DNA of 64,000 nt from Tetramitus jugosus (Eukaryota > Protista > Heterolobosea). Of the stretch, positions 42,067 through 52,444 are shown in pieces; within the stretch, counting starts at the first letter, position 1; each line of letters starts with the position of its first letter. The stretch is from positions 186,001-250,000 of the forward strand of contig OW569359.1 of the NCBI GenBank assembly GCA_937625935.1, read 5' to 3'. The position numbers and the translations under genes were made by a program. The notes beneath the pieces are model-generated. The model saw nothing but the letters and a program-made list of their open reading frames with translations, had not been told where the DNA came from and made no database searches.

Positions 42067-45000
42067 TTACTTTTTGCTAGTTTGATTCCTGTTGCATAGG
42101 TGAGCAAATATCTTCATACTCGCAGGATCATCTCTTAAACGTTTTGGTACATGTAATTTCACGAGAGGATTGAATCCCTTGTGGAACAGTGTGACCAATG
42201 TTCCTTCGACTTCAGTACCCACCGACTGGAACCAATTCAGAGTTCTTCTTCTTGCTACCAATACAAGGTCAGTGTTTGCCTCAGAAACAGAATCCGCTGG
42301 TAAGGTGGAAGAGTAAAGCGTGACCAACTTGACAACATCGAACACAATTTGATCCATAAATTCTGCAATCTTGCACTCTTCTAGAGTGTTGTAAAGAACT
42401 TTCACCTTGTCGCAAGCCATTTGCACTCCTTGTAAATAATAGTCAAGGTCGCTGGAGTCCCACAATTTCATGAATTGCTGCTCCAAAAGAATGACCAGAA
42501 TCTTCTTCACTAATCCGATGAGTGCAACAGTTTGACCCTTCTGGATTAAACTCTTAGCAATTAAGCGTTGCAGAATGTCACACAACGTGTCAAATATGGT
42601 CCACAAATTATTGGCAACAGCGAGAGGAGGTGGAGAGTCAGATGCTTGACAAGTTAGACAGATATCATGCAGCACGTCCACAACACTACAGATAACGTCG
42701 AACAAGAATTGTTCTTTTTGGACATCCATTTGTGATGAGATTTCGGTAATAAAGTCAATCATAGGGACGATCCAGTCAAAGTCGTGTTCAACCACGGATC
42801 CACGTCGAGATCTACTAACCATAATTAGATCATTGAAAATGTTCAGAACTGTAGATTCGAACATGGCTGTAACTTGTGAATCCTTTGTGTTCTCGAATAT
42901 CTGGCGCAGAACAGCAATGTTCGCCGAAATGATTGCAGCCTTTGATTCAACATACACCTGGCCAGATGACACAGATTGCAGATTGCGAAGGATCAACTTA
43001 ATCAAAAAGGTTTTTTGGCTTGCGGTGGCAGCTCCTAGTGAGCGCGAGAATATCGATTGATTGATGTCAGCTCCTGACTCATATTTGGATTGGAGAAGGG
43101 AGAGCAGAGCAGAGAACGACGGTTCCAAAAAGTCAGCCAACGGTCTCTTCATGTGTACCAAAGAATCATCGTCTGCACATTTTGAGCAGATAATCGATGC
43201 TTGCAAAATGTTTGTAATGAAAGTCTCTACATATTCGGATATCTCTACATTACGTTGTGATTGAGATAAAAACTTCGCCAGCTGAACCCTGCATTGATAC
43301 AATAAGAATGCCCACAAGTCCAAGTTAAATGTCTTCAATGGATGTAAATCTGCAAGTTGAATGCAGAGAAGAATGACTTGAGAAATGTGATTTGCTTGGA
43401 GATCGCTCAAATTCAAATCTACACATCCTGTCTGCTTATGCAATTGAGTAAGCCAGTGGGTCTCATAATCCAAGAATGAAGGTGAGCATAGATTGGCATC
43501 ATAGAACAGACCTCTCTTTGCACTCTTCATTGAGTGAGTTGCAGAGAACGTATTAGATTTCAACAGGTAGTTTGCTTCCCCGTATTCGATGACCTTTTGG
43601 AAGAGGTTTGTGACCAACACCATGCGTTGTTCCTTTTGTTGCTCATCGTCAAGCTTCGATTTGGATAAAACAAGCTGTAGCACCTCCTCAATATCTGTCT
43701 GTTCTGGGACATACGGAGATAAGCGGGCTGCGAAGAGTTTGGTTTGCATTTGGATTGTTTCTTCATCTGGTTGTGCCTGCATTTGAATCGTGAAGAGAGA
43801 CTTGTTAAAAAGTAGACCTGTATGTTTCTGTTTCATAGGAAGGTCCATCATTGCGGAAATGATGGATTTCAATGACACGGAACTTGCATCAACATTATAG
43901 ACAGTTGACACTAAGTCAGCAGCGACAGCCATTGCCAGCAAAGTAAAATTTTGCTTCTCATCGAAATAGGAGTTTGCACAATCACAAGGCAACTGAAGAA
44001 CCAATGGGAGGTATTTAAATGTAGCTTTGGATGAGCTTAGTTCAGCAGATGATCCTTGAAGTATAGAATTCTTCTTGTACTTTTTGTTTCCACTCTTTTT
44101 AACGACTTTATCCATTGCCTTTCTGATCTTAACGGCAGCGAGTAAGGGGATCTCAACTTTCGCAATTGCTTTGCCCTTCTTTGCATACTTGTCCAATACC
44201 TTCTTTTCATCAAATGTTCGATAATTCTTAATCTGTTTCAATAGAGAAGAGACACGCTTATCCTTGTGAAGATATTTGATATTCTTCTCCAGTAAATCTC
44301 TGAAGAGCTCGAAGAATGTTTCTCTTGGCTTCTCATAATCAACCCATTCCAACAAAGAGCTACCCCAAACTCTCTTTGTAATTGTATACAAAGTGTGACC
44401 TTTTGGTGCGACATCTTGGTCCTCTGTGACATTGGTGAGTTGAGATATCATAAAATCGAGAATTGTTCTCAAGTCATCAGCCTCTAAAAATTGAATGAAT
44501 TGAGTCAAGTTGTTGGTAATCAGGAACCATAACATGACAACATATGTGTCATTGTTGGTAACCAAATCGACCTCTCCATTCCAAACTTCAGTTGGATTAG
44601 CGTGTTTCTTTGCATTCTTGGTGAATTCATCCTTCAAGAACACGAAGTACTTTTGCAGGTTGTATTCCAAAAACTTCAAAATGTCTTTGTCATTTTGATC
44701 CTTCTCTTCTGTAGTTTGTAGATAATTATGGCGCATGATCATAATTTGTTGATAGAAGAGAGATACTCTTTCAAATAGCAAGTAGCAGATAATAGAGCGA
44801 GATGCGAAGGAAATGTGCTTAAAGAACTCCTTCAACTTCATACCTCCGATATTGGATAACCGATAACCAGGAATTGGATTTGAGGAACCCTCTACACGGA
44901 AGTCAATGAACATGTCTTCCTTCTCAATTTTTTCGTCAATAACGACGGGCTTGTAAGTATAAACATCTGAGGAAAACTCTCTAGAACGTTTGGTTAGAAC

Positions 45001-47733
45001 AGTGAGAGCATAATGTGTCTTGAGAGCAACAGTAAATATGCCATCTTCCTTCTTATCTTTGATTTGGGAAAGTCCATATTGCATCAGTGGAGCTACCAGC
45101 TCTACATCTATTTTCTTTGCTAGTGTTTGCAGAGTATGGAAGTTTGATTCATTAATACCAACATTGAAGGCAAATGACGTAAGAGGGTAGAGCAACAGCT
45201 CAAGAATTTGTGGTTTCTTTAGAACATCCACAAGTTCGATTCTTGAACGAACATTTCTAATGACCAATTCAAAGTATTCAACAATTTGAGTCGTGGGCAG
45301 AGACATAATAGTTTCTTTCAAATACTTCCGGATTGGTGGATACCAAGCCATAGAATATGCAAAGTCCTCTTCAATGTTCTCACAGTGCTCGATGAATCGA
45401 TCCAAAGCTACAAAATACTGACCCGCAGCCGTAAGGGCAAATCGATGAGAGAACAAGATTCCAAACACTACTGATAGAGTGTGATTTAACGTTGTAAATT
45501 CGGCTGTTGTTAAAACTGAGGAACAAATACCCATCAACAATAGCCAGAATGAATCAAATCGCTTAAAGAATGGCTGGTGATCAACACGGATGACACTTGA
45601 CAGTAACATTAATGTTTGAGGCCACAAAATATTGTTCGATAATTCAGAAGGTTGAACTTGAGCGAGTGGTTCCAAAAAGCCATCCAATATCACTTCATCG
45701 ATATAGAGTTCAACAACTTCATCAATATAATTGAATCCCTTTTCAGCCATAAAATTGAACACATTCTTCAACAATAGGACATGGAATACACGAGCAGACT
45801 GAATTAATTCTTGCTCTTCTTTGTTAATGTCCATAAATTTTGTGACACCTTGTCCAATTGCATGACAAAGCATCAACATTGCATATGTTTGAGACTTCTG
45901 AATGAGAAGAATAGTAGCAGGATTATTAATCTGAGTCACACGTTTGGCAAGTACTGCGTTTGCTACACCTCCAGAGAGCTTTGCGTCCGAAACAGCTGTT
46001 ATCGTATCTCTAATATCGTCATACAAGACACGGCAAATTGTTGGCATGAACAAAACGAGCTTGGCAGGATCAGCTGATATCAAATCGACAATATGTCTGA
46101 ATAAACAATACAACTTGTGATCTCGCTCAGAGAAGAACTCGTATCTGAGATGATTGTTTTTCGCTCTAAAGAACTCCATGTTCTGAATTCCTTGAGTCAG
46201 TGACTTGTTCGTGAGCAATGAATAAAGTGCATCAGCCATCAATCCATTACCAAACTTTTGCATAATCCTCTGCTCAAATACATTTGAGAATTGAATATTT
46301 ACATCGATAGAACTGTATAAATCAATCAAGTTTACACATGTAATGATAGCGTCCTCCAATTGTGATTCATTCTGGAATACCTTTTGCACCAGAGTTACCA
46401 ATCTAAATGACATGTGCAACAGAATTGGATTGCTCGTCAAAATAAATAGATCATAACAGGCAACCAGCATGTTTTTGAGTTCAGATGAAGTCAAGTATCG
46501 AGCTAGTACCTCACCATAGCTGTCTGTCAAGCCCAGTGAGAATGCAAAAAAGGAAGAATCAGCACCATTGTCGTCTCTCTGAAGTTCCTGACGCACCATA
46601 TCAGCCAAAATAATTCTGCTGCAATCCAACACAATGTTCGAATAGGAATCCAAACCAACACTACTGTCTGTCGAAACAACACTCTCATTCTTCACATGAC
46701 AATAGAAAATGAAGAAAATGAATTGCATGTTCAAATGAGGAATAGAGATTTGAGACATGCCTCCCTGTAATAATAACTGATGCAACTGAGACCACATGGC
46801 CTTGATATCGAACGAATCTACAGACTCGAGAATAAAATTCAAATAATAGTATTTGCCTAGTTCGAGCAGGCATTTTTCACATGATGTCAATCTCGATGCG
46901 TCATCAGAGTAGTTGAACAGGGATTGAGCAGTCTCTCCCTTGACATACTGGTTCATAAAGAGTGGAATATTGACTTGAATACTGTTCTTTTCCTTGTCGA
47001 GATCAGGTGCTCTATAGTCACGCTCTCTCTCCTTGATTGGATACGTGTTTTCAATCGTGTTCAATGCTTGACCATCGACACACAACTTTAGCTTACCAAA
47101 TGGAAATGCTCCCAATTTGCTTCTCTTGATAAATCGTGTTGTTTTTCCATTGTGACGCAAAAAGATTAAATGATTTGGAAAACTCCGAGCTACATCTGAT
47201 TCGACCATTGATTTCTTTGTTTTGACAATTGGTTTGAGTACTTGTCCCTTTTTATCGACTTTTTGATCAGATGCTACGGCTACTGCTGCCTCCACACTTG
47301 TTGATTCAGCACTCTCCATGGATTCATCTTCTTCAGTTTCATTGTTGTTTTTGTCAGTTTCTTCTTCTTCTTCTTCTTCTTGTTCATCATCACTGCTCTC
47401 GACTTCTTGGGTAGTAGTACTAGTAGTACCATCATTAGGTGACAACATTGTTGACAATTGTTTCAAATGTTGCTTAAAACGTTCGTCCACCAATTCATTG
47501 TAAGAGAGCTTTCGTTTTTTTGATTGTTGTGCTGATGATGATGATGATTCTTCATCCGGTATAAATGACTCCAACTCACTCAACAATCTCTTTTTGAGGT
47601 CTGGACGACTAATGACATCTCTCGATGGTAAATGATCCTTGTGAACCACTAGTTTTCTAGTGATCCAACTCGCTCTTTGACTTGGATCCATTTTATGAAT
47701 GTTTTCTGATGTGGTGGTTGTTGATGATACCAT
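42067..47733 (-). CDS. Large helical-solenoid protein, possibly URB2/Npa2-like
   Basis: Single ORF of about 1890 aa, Leu/Ile/Phe-rich helical, with an acidic/basic N-terminal region. LWFLITNNLTQFIQFLEADDLRTILDFMI recalls URB2 (weak, by eye). The CDS is secure; the product is tentative. Confidence 0.7.
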   Translation of the reverse strand: MVSSTTTTSENIHKMDPSQRASWITRKLVVHKDHLPSRDVISRPDLKKRLLSELESFIPDEESSSSSAQQSKKRKLSYNELVDERFKQHLKQLSTMLSPNDGTTSTTTQEVESSDDEQEEEEEEETDKNNNETEEDESMESAESTSVEAAVAVASDQKVDKKGQVLKPIVKTKKSMVESDVARSFPNHLIFLRHNGKTTRFIKRSKLGAFPFGKLKLCVDGQALNTIENTYPIKERERDYRAPDLDKEKNSIQVNIPLFMNQYVKGETAQSLFNYSDDASRLTSCEKCLLELGKYYYLNFILESVDSFDIKAMWSQLHQLLLQGGMSQISIPHLNMQFIFFIFYCHVKNESVVSTDSSVGLDSYSNIVLDCSRIILADMVRQELQRDDNGADSSFFAFSLGLTDSYGEVLARYLTSSELKNMLVACYDLFILTSNPILLHMSFRLVTLVQKVFQNESQLEDAIITCVNLIDLYSSIDVNIQFSNVFEQRIMQKFGNGLMADALYSLLTNKSLTQGIQNMEFFRAKNNHLRYEFFSERDHKLYCLFRHIVDLISADPAKLVLFMPTICRVLYDDIRDTITAVSDAKLSGGVANAVLAKRVTQINNPATILLIQKSQTYAMLMLCHAIGQGVTKFMDINKEEQELIQSARVFHVLLLKNVFNFMAEKGFNYIDEVVELYIDEVILDGFLEPLAQVQPSELSNNILWPQTLMLLSSVIRVDHQPFFKRFDSFWLLLMGICSSVLTTAEFTTLNHTLSVVFGILFSHRFALTAAGQYFVALDRFIEHCENIEEDFAYSMAWYPPIRKYLKETIMSLPTTQIVEYFELVIRNVRSRIELVDVLKKPQILELLLYPLTSFAFNVGINESNFHTLQTLAKKIDVELVAPLMQYGLSQIKDKKEDGIFTVALKTHYALTVLTKRSREFSSDVYTYKPVVIDEKIEKEDMFIDFRVEGSSNPIPGYRLSNIGGMKLKEFFKHISFASRSIICYLLFERVSLFYQQIMIMRHNYLQTTEEKDQNDKDILKFLEYNLQKYFVFLKDEFTKNAKKHANPTEVWNGEVDLVTNNDTYVVMLWFLITNNLTQFIQFLEADDLRTILDFMISQLTNVTEDQDVAPKGHTLYTITKRVWGSSLLEWVDYEKPRETFFELFRDLLEKNIKYLHKDKRVSSLLKQIKNYRTFDEKKVLDKYAKKGKAIAKVEIPLLAAVKIRKAMDKVVKKSGNKKYKKNSILQGSSAELSSSKATFKYLPLVLQLPCDCANSYFDEKQNFTLLAMAVAADLVSTVYNVDASSVSLKSIISAMMDLPMKQKHTGLLFNKSLFTIQMQAQPDEETIQMQTKLFAARLSPYVPEQTDIEEVLQLVLSKSKLDDEQQKEQRMVLVTNLFQKVIEYGEANYLLKSNTFSATHSMKSAKRGLFYDANLCSPSFLDYETHWLTQLHKQTGCVDLNLSDLQANHISQVILLCIQLADLHPLKTFNLDLWAFLLYQCRVQLAKFLSQSQRNVEISEYVETFITNILQASIICSKCADDDSLVHMKRPLADFLEPSFSALLSLLQSKYESGADINQSIFSRSLGAATASQKTFLIKLILRNLQSVSSGQVYVESKAAIISANIAVLRQIFENTKDSQVTAMFESTVLNIFNDLIMVSRSRRGSVVEHDFDWIVPMIDFITEISSQMDVQKEQFLFDVICSVVDVLHDICLTCQASDSPPPLAVANNLWTIFDTLCDILQRLIAKSLIQKGQTVALIGLVKKILVILLEQQFMKLWDSSDLDYYLQGVQMACDKVKVLYNTLEECKIAEFMDQIVFDVVKLVTLYSSTLPADSVSEANTDLVLVARRRTLNWFQSVGTEVEGTLVTLFHKGFNPLVKLHVPKRLRDDPASMKIFAHLCNRNQTSKK

Positions 47734-47925
47734 TTGTTGTTTGTTGTTTGTTGTTGGTGTTGATGTGGAAAAAAGTGGTGCTTGTTTGTGTCTCTGAAGA
47801 GAGAAGAATTGCAAGAAATCACAAGAGCGCAAAAAATTTCACACATTGCACACCTTGGTTGAATGTTGGCGGAATAATAGAAAAAAAGCGAGAAAGCGGA
47901 GGAAGTCAAACGAAAAACTGGTGGA

Positions 47926-48822
47926 TTACTTTACTGTTGTCTGCTGTAGTTTTTTCAGCTTTTGGATAATGTCTCGAGCAGTATTGAATTGTCCATTGGT
48001 TTGAGCGCCACAAGCAGCACACTTTGGATTCTTTCCACCATTGAACCGCTTCAGTGCACATGACTCACAAAAGTAGTGCTTGCAAACAGTGACAACAGGA
48101 TCAACAAATGGTTGACGACAAATGAAGCACGCATGAGGCAAACCATCATCATCCTTTTCATTATTCTTCTTATCACTACTGTCATTTTCTCCTCCATCCT
48201 CTGCTACTTGTTTCTGCTTCTTCTTCTTTTGAAGCTGTTCCCATTCCTTGTCTTGTTTCCAACCAGATTTCCATTCTTCTCTAATGTGAGCAAACACACA
48301 ATTGTCTCCATAACCACAAAACCCCGTTTCATAATAATCCTTGCATATACCTGGTTGATGATCCATTTGAGTGTTGAAACGGACGTTGGCACTCGGTTTC
48401 TTTGGTCCCTTGTTCTTATTCTTATTGTTCTTGTTATTGTTTGCTTCATCATCACTCATGAGTAAATCATTGGTAGATGTGACGAGTTGATCCGTGGCAC
48501 ATCTCATATCACGACTCGCTTGATGAAAATCAGAAGTTGGTACTTGTTGTTGTTGTTGCAAGTCCTCAGAGTCATTGTCATCATCAGCAGAGTTCTTCTT
48601 GGATGACTTTGATGTCGTGTGAAAGTGTAGTGACGATGATGGTTTTTGAGTCATTCTTTTCAATGGTGGCTGCAAAGTTTCAGAATCGTCATCATGATTA
48701 TTACTGTTTTTCTCCTCGGTAGTAGTGCTGATGTTTGTCTGGTGACCCGGGTCTTGTTCTTCGTCTTCTCTTAGTCTTTTCCTGGATGCGGTTGTTCCCT
48801 TTTGCTTTCTCGATTTTATCAT
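47926..48822 (-). CDS. CWC24: Pre-mRNA splicing factor CWC24/RNF113 (CCCH plus RING)
   Basis: DHQPGICKDYYETGFCGYGDNCVFAH and LPHACFICRQPFVDPVVTVCKHYFCESCA...CAACGAQTNGQF. Confidence 0.95.
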   Translation of the reverse strand: MIKSRKQKGTTASRKRLREDEEQDPGHQTNISTTTEEKNSNNHDDDSETLQPPLKRMTQKPSSSLHFHTTSKSSKKNSADDDNDSEDLQQQQQVPTSDFHQASRDMRCATDQLVTSTNDLLMSDDEANNNKNNKNKNKGPKKPSANVRFNTQMDHQPGICKDYYETGFCGYGDNCVFAHIREEWKSGWKQDKEWEQLQKKKKQKQVAEDGGENDSSDKKNNEKDDDGLPHACFICRQPFVDPVVTVCKHYFCESCALKRFNGGKNPKCAACGAQTNGQFNTARDIIQKLKKLQQTTVK

Positions 48823-48948
48823 TGTGCTTTTGTTTTTTTTCTTGTTGTTTGTTTCGGTGAAGTTTTTGTTGGGTTGTTGTATTGCGCTAAATAAAGGAAA
48901 GGAGAAAGCATGCATTTGTTCGTTGAATCTCAATTTTTCTCGATTGTA

Positions 48949-48978
48949 CAATCGTTGTATTGAGGACAGCACTCTCAC
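48949..48978. repeat. 30-bp direct repeat, copy 1
   Basis: CAATCGTTGTATTGAGGACAGCACTCTCAC; 27/30 identical to 50352-50381. Confidence 0.85.
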
Positions 48979-50267
48979 GACGAATGAATAAACTCAGTAT
49001 CAGTTAATATTCCCTGCACACGCAACATGTTCAACCTTGGGAAATGTCGAGCAACAGTCACAAGAGGAGAACACAAGTAAAATGCAGTCACAGAGTCACA
49101 ACTCGTGCGAACTTCTTTGCCCATCATGCATTGAGTACTCCATGGAAGAGGAAGGACACGTTTTTCAACTATAGTTTCGAAATGTGGTTGAACCATCCAA
49201 TAGATTTTGTTCTGGTGCGTTATGAATGCCAATGAATGATCACCTGCCTCAATAGATCTAATGTCATGCTTTTCTACCCCCTCGATAGTCATCTCCTCCA
49301 TTTTTTTACTCTTTGATGGACCAGAGTTGATCAGATCTCCACTACTATCCAGAACAACCGAGGAGTAAAACTGGCAAGCACAGTCAACAATGGAATATTG
49401 GCTTGGATGTGCCTCTGTTAACATATTCACGTCACCTGTTCCTTTCAAGAACAATTGATCTGAAGAATTGTATCCATTTCCAAACAATCGACCTGTTTGT
49501 GTCAAGATTTGGAACGAATGATCACCTGCCACTATCTTTTTCACATGGTGACCTGAAAAGTATCGAGAGTCAAGCTTGCGTGGTCTCTCTTCGCATCTCA
49601 TAGTCGCTAAATTCTGATCTTCACCAGTTGAGCACTCGCCATACTGATTACCGCCTGCGTAATACAAATTATGAAAGCCAGTGATTTTGTCCTCTGTGAC
49701 AAAGCAGGTAGAATAGGCAGCACACGAAATTGTGACAATCTTCTCATGATTGAACACACTTGTGTCATATTGCCTTGGCCTTTTGGCCAACAACGTGGTA
49801 TCCGCCATTCCCATGCAACTCCTCAGATTGGCACCTGCGTAGAACAATCGACCAGTCTGACACAAGAAGAAAACACAGGTATATCCAGCACTGACCTGAA
49901 CAATACGAGGCCGAGGAGAGAATTTTGAGAAATCAATCCTAAAAATATTGAAACAAGGATTAACTTGCTGTGCAGAGCTTCTCTGGCCTGTTTCGCATTC
50001 CCCAATCCCGAGGAGGGGCCGATTGTATGTGCAACCAAAGTCAACACTATAAACATGGCCTGGTTCTGTCACTATGAATGCAACCTTTTGGCGACAAACA
50101 ACTTGTTGCACTTGTTCGTGTCCAATGGCACCATTGGGAACGAGCCAAAATGTTGCATTCTGGGAAGGTTTGCCAGCCAAGAAAATAATTTGAGACTCTG
50201 AGGCTTGAAGTTGTTCTAGATCTTGATCAAGACATGGCACAAGACAATGATTGGTTTCCTTCTCCAT
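48975..50267 (-). CDS. RCC1/BLIP-II-like beta-propeller protein
   Basis: Repeats IVQVSAGYTCVFFLCQTGRLFYAGAN, IVTISCAAYSTCFV...YAGGNQYGEC, VKKIVAGDHSFQILTQTGRLFGNGYNSSDQL. Confidence 0.85.
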   Translation of the reverse strand: MEKETNHCLVPCLDQDLEQLQASESQIIFLAGKPSQNATFWLVPNGAIGHEQVQQVVCRQKVAFIVTEPGHVYSVDFGCTYNRPLLGIGECETGQRSSAQQVNPCFNIFRIDFSKFSPRPRIVQVSAGYTCVFFLCQTGRLFYAGANLRSCMGMADTTLLAKRPRQYDTSVFNHEKIVTISCAAYSTCFVTEDKITGFHNLYYAGGNQYGECSTGEDQNLATMRCEERPRKLDSRYFSGHHVKKIVAGDHSFQILTQTGRLFGNGYNSSDQLFLKGTGDVNMLTEAHPSQYSIVDCACQFYSSVVLDSSGDLINSGPSKSKKMEEMTIEGVEKHDIRSIEAGDHSLAFITHQNKIYWMVQPHFETIVEKRVLPLPWSTQCMMGKEVRTSCDSVTAFYLCSPLVTVARHFPRLNMLRVQGILTDTEFIHSS

Positions 50268-50351
50268 TATTTATTCTTCCCAGGATTGAGTTCTTCTTGT
50301 TTTTTTGTTTTCTGGACGGAATAATTTAAGGGCCGAACGGAATCTTTGAGT

Positions 50352-50381
50352 CAATCGTTGTATTGAGAACAGCATACTCAC
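50352..50381. repeat. 30-bp direct repeat, copy 2
   Basis: CAATCGTTGTATTGAGAACAGCATACTCAC; 27/30 identical to 48949-48978. Confidence 0.85.
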
Positions 50382-50464
50382 AAATCGACAACCTAGAACG
50401 TATTGTTGAATTATTAACTTTTTTGTATTGGGTCTTAAACGTTCTGGCTGTCGGACGACTCGAT

Positions 50465-52199
50465 TTATTGGAGATTAGAAGGTTGCTTTGGTTGTCTCAG
50501 TAAGGAAAGAGCGAAAAGTTTGGAGTCATCGACCTTTTCAAACTTTAGTAGGTATCTAAGGAAAAAGAGATTAGGTGCGAGATCATACTTCCTCTGCTGG
50601 AACCGCAATGATTGGAACATAAGGTTGTATGTGAAAATACACTTGTGAAAATTAATCTTTCCATCGATAAATGTGGGATTTCCATCATCTGTGAAGACGA
50701 TATCCTTGAGATAGATGCCCAAGTAAGGAGATGAGGGATGATCATCTGTGTACACTTTGTTCATTCGATCTCTGAGTGCTCGGCTGTTCTTTTGACCTGA
50801 AAGGACTTCAGTTGTCTTCTCTCGCAAGGTTATTATTTTTTCACTCATTTGAGTCCAAGTGTTGGATAATCTATGGACTGATGCATTATTCAAACCAGAG
50901 TGGAGAGCAAGGAGCATGTTAAAAGAATTTTGCTTATTGAGAATTACCATTATTCTGACAAACTTTTTGATAATCTTCTTTCTTACGAGTACGTTTTCTT
51001 CCAGGAGAATAATGTAAGAAACCCAACAGCTAACCTTGTTGAGGAAGTTAATATTGTTCAAAATATTGGGTGCCATGTGTCTGGAAGAGGAGTGAGTAAA
51101 AACACAAAGTTCGTTGATTGTCGAAAAACAATAGGATCATACCTTTTCTTATCCTTATTCCAAGATTGGTCAAGCATCTCTGAAAACTTAATCTGTGAGT
51201 ACAGATGATGATCTATAAAGGTGATTGTATCAGCAATATCTTGATCGGACATATCAAGAATAGAGAACTCAGAATCACTGATAGTCCCGAACTTAGAAGT
51301 CTTCTCGATCTCTACTGAGACTATGTCTTCAATCGGTACAGCTGGTACCTTCCATAAAGGAGTTCTGTTGTTACGTTGTATTAAAGTAAGCAATCGTTTG
51401 TTGAGCCCAAGGTACCCATTTGGTTTTAGTCGTGTTGTGCAAAACTGAGTTAGTTCTGTGATCATATCGTCATCAAAATCGAAGAAGTAGTCAGTCACCC
51501 ATTGAACTAGTATCCGTCCAACTTTCATCTGTACCCTGCTCTTTATCTCCATATTGTAATACATTTCATGCATACGGGTGTGCTGATCATTTGTTCTCTG
51601 GTCGGGGATGCAAGCAAGAGGAGGAACGTCAAACCTTTCAATCATTTTCTGAAGGATGACCTTTGGGTTTGTAAAGGACCGATACGTGTACCAAAACACT
51701 GTCAAAAGGAAGTCGTCCGCTCCTGGATCGCTCAACAGTAGTATCAATCTGTTCAGAGAAACAACCTTGGGAGTCATGTATTCATAAATGTCAGGTGTAG
51801 GACACGGGACCATGAGAATGCTCTCCTTACATGGTGGAGGTTCATCATAAACATTCGTGTTCAATTGAACCTCCATGAAAAACTTCATTGCCAGAGCTAA
51901 TTATCCTTGAGGTGAATTGTGAAGCATGATGAAACAGTTGAAGAATAAGACTTACTTTCTTTCCTTCTAAACTCCATCAACTTATCCCCATTGTTTAACA
52001 CGATAACTCGGTGGGGAATGAGAGTGCCAGGTGGTTTTCCACTGTACAAGTCAGAATAGTATCGCTCAACAATCTCGAGGTAAGATTTGATTCTCAAGCC
52101 CTTCCTTTGATGAAGCTGAAAGGGCGAAAGTCCTTGAATTCGAACAAACAATCGGATTTTTTCATTATTACTATTAGTCGACCCTTCTTCTTTGCTCAT
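50465..52199 (-). CDS. Ras guanine-nucleotide exchange factor (REM plus CDC25 domains; at least 3 exons)
   Basis: Exons 52199-51956, 51896-51143 and 51080-50465; frame-consistent introns 51897-51955 (GTAAGT) and 51081-51142 (GTATGA). FWYTYRSFTNP, WVTDYFFDF, NSFNMLLALHSGL..VHRL..TW, PYLGIYLKDIVF.DDGNP. Start uncertain. Confidence 0.9.
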
Positions 52200-52444
52200 C
52201 TTTGACTTTGCTTCCCTCGTAGTCGACCGGCAAATCTCCAAAAAAACAGGTTCATCAGACTGGGGCGGCAAGCCTATGTTTACATGTTATTTAGCTGTTC
52301 AATTATCTGTTAGTTGAATGTTATCATCAGTTGAAGCAAGTATAAACTTCCACAAATATGTGAGTATGGTTTTTTGTTGTCCCAGCAAAAATGCTTCATC
52401 AGAAATTGGTGTGGGTTTCGCAATGCGAAAAAAATTGAACCTTT

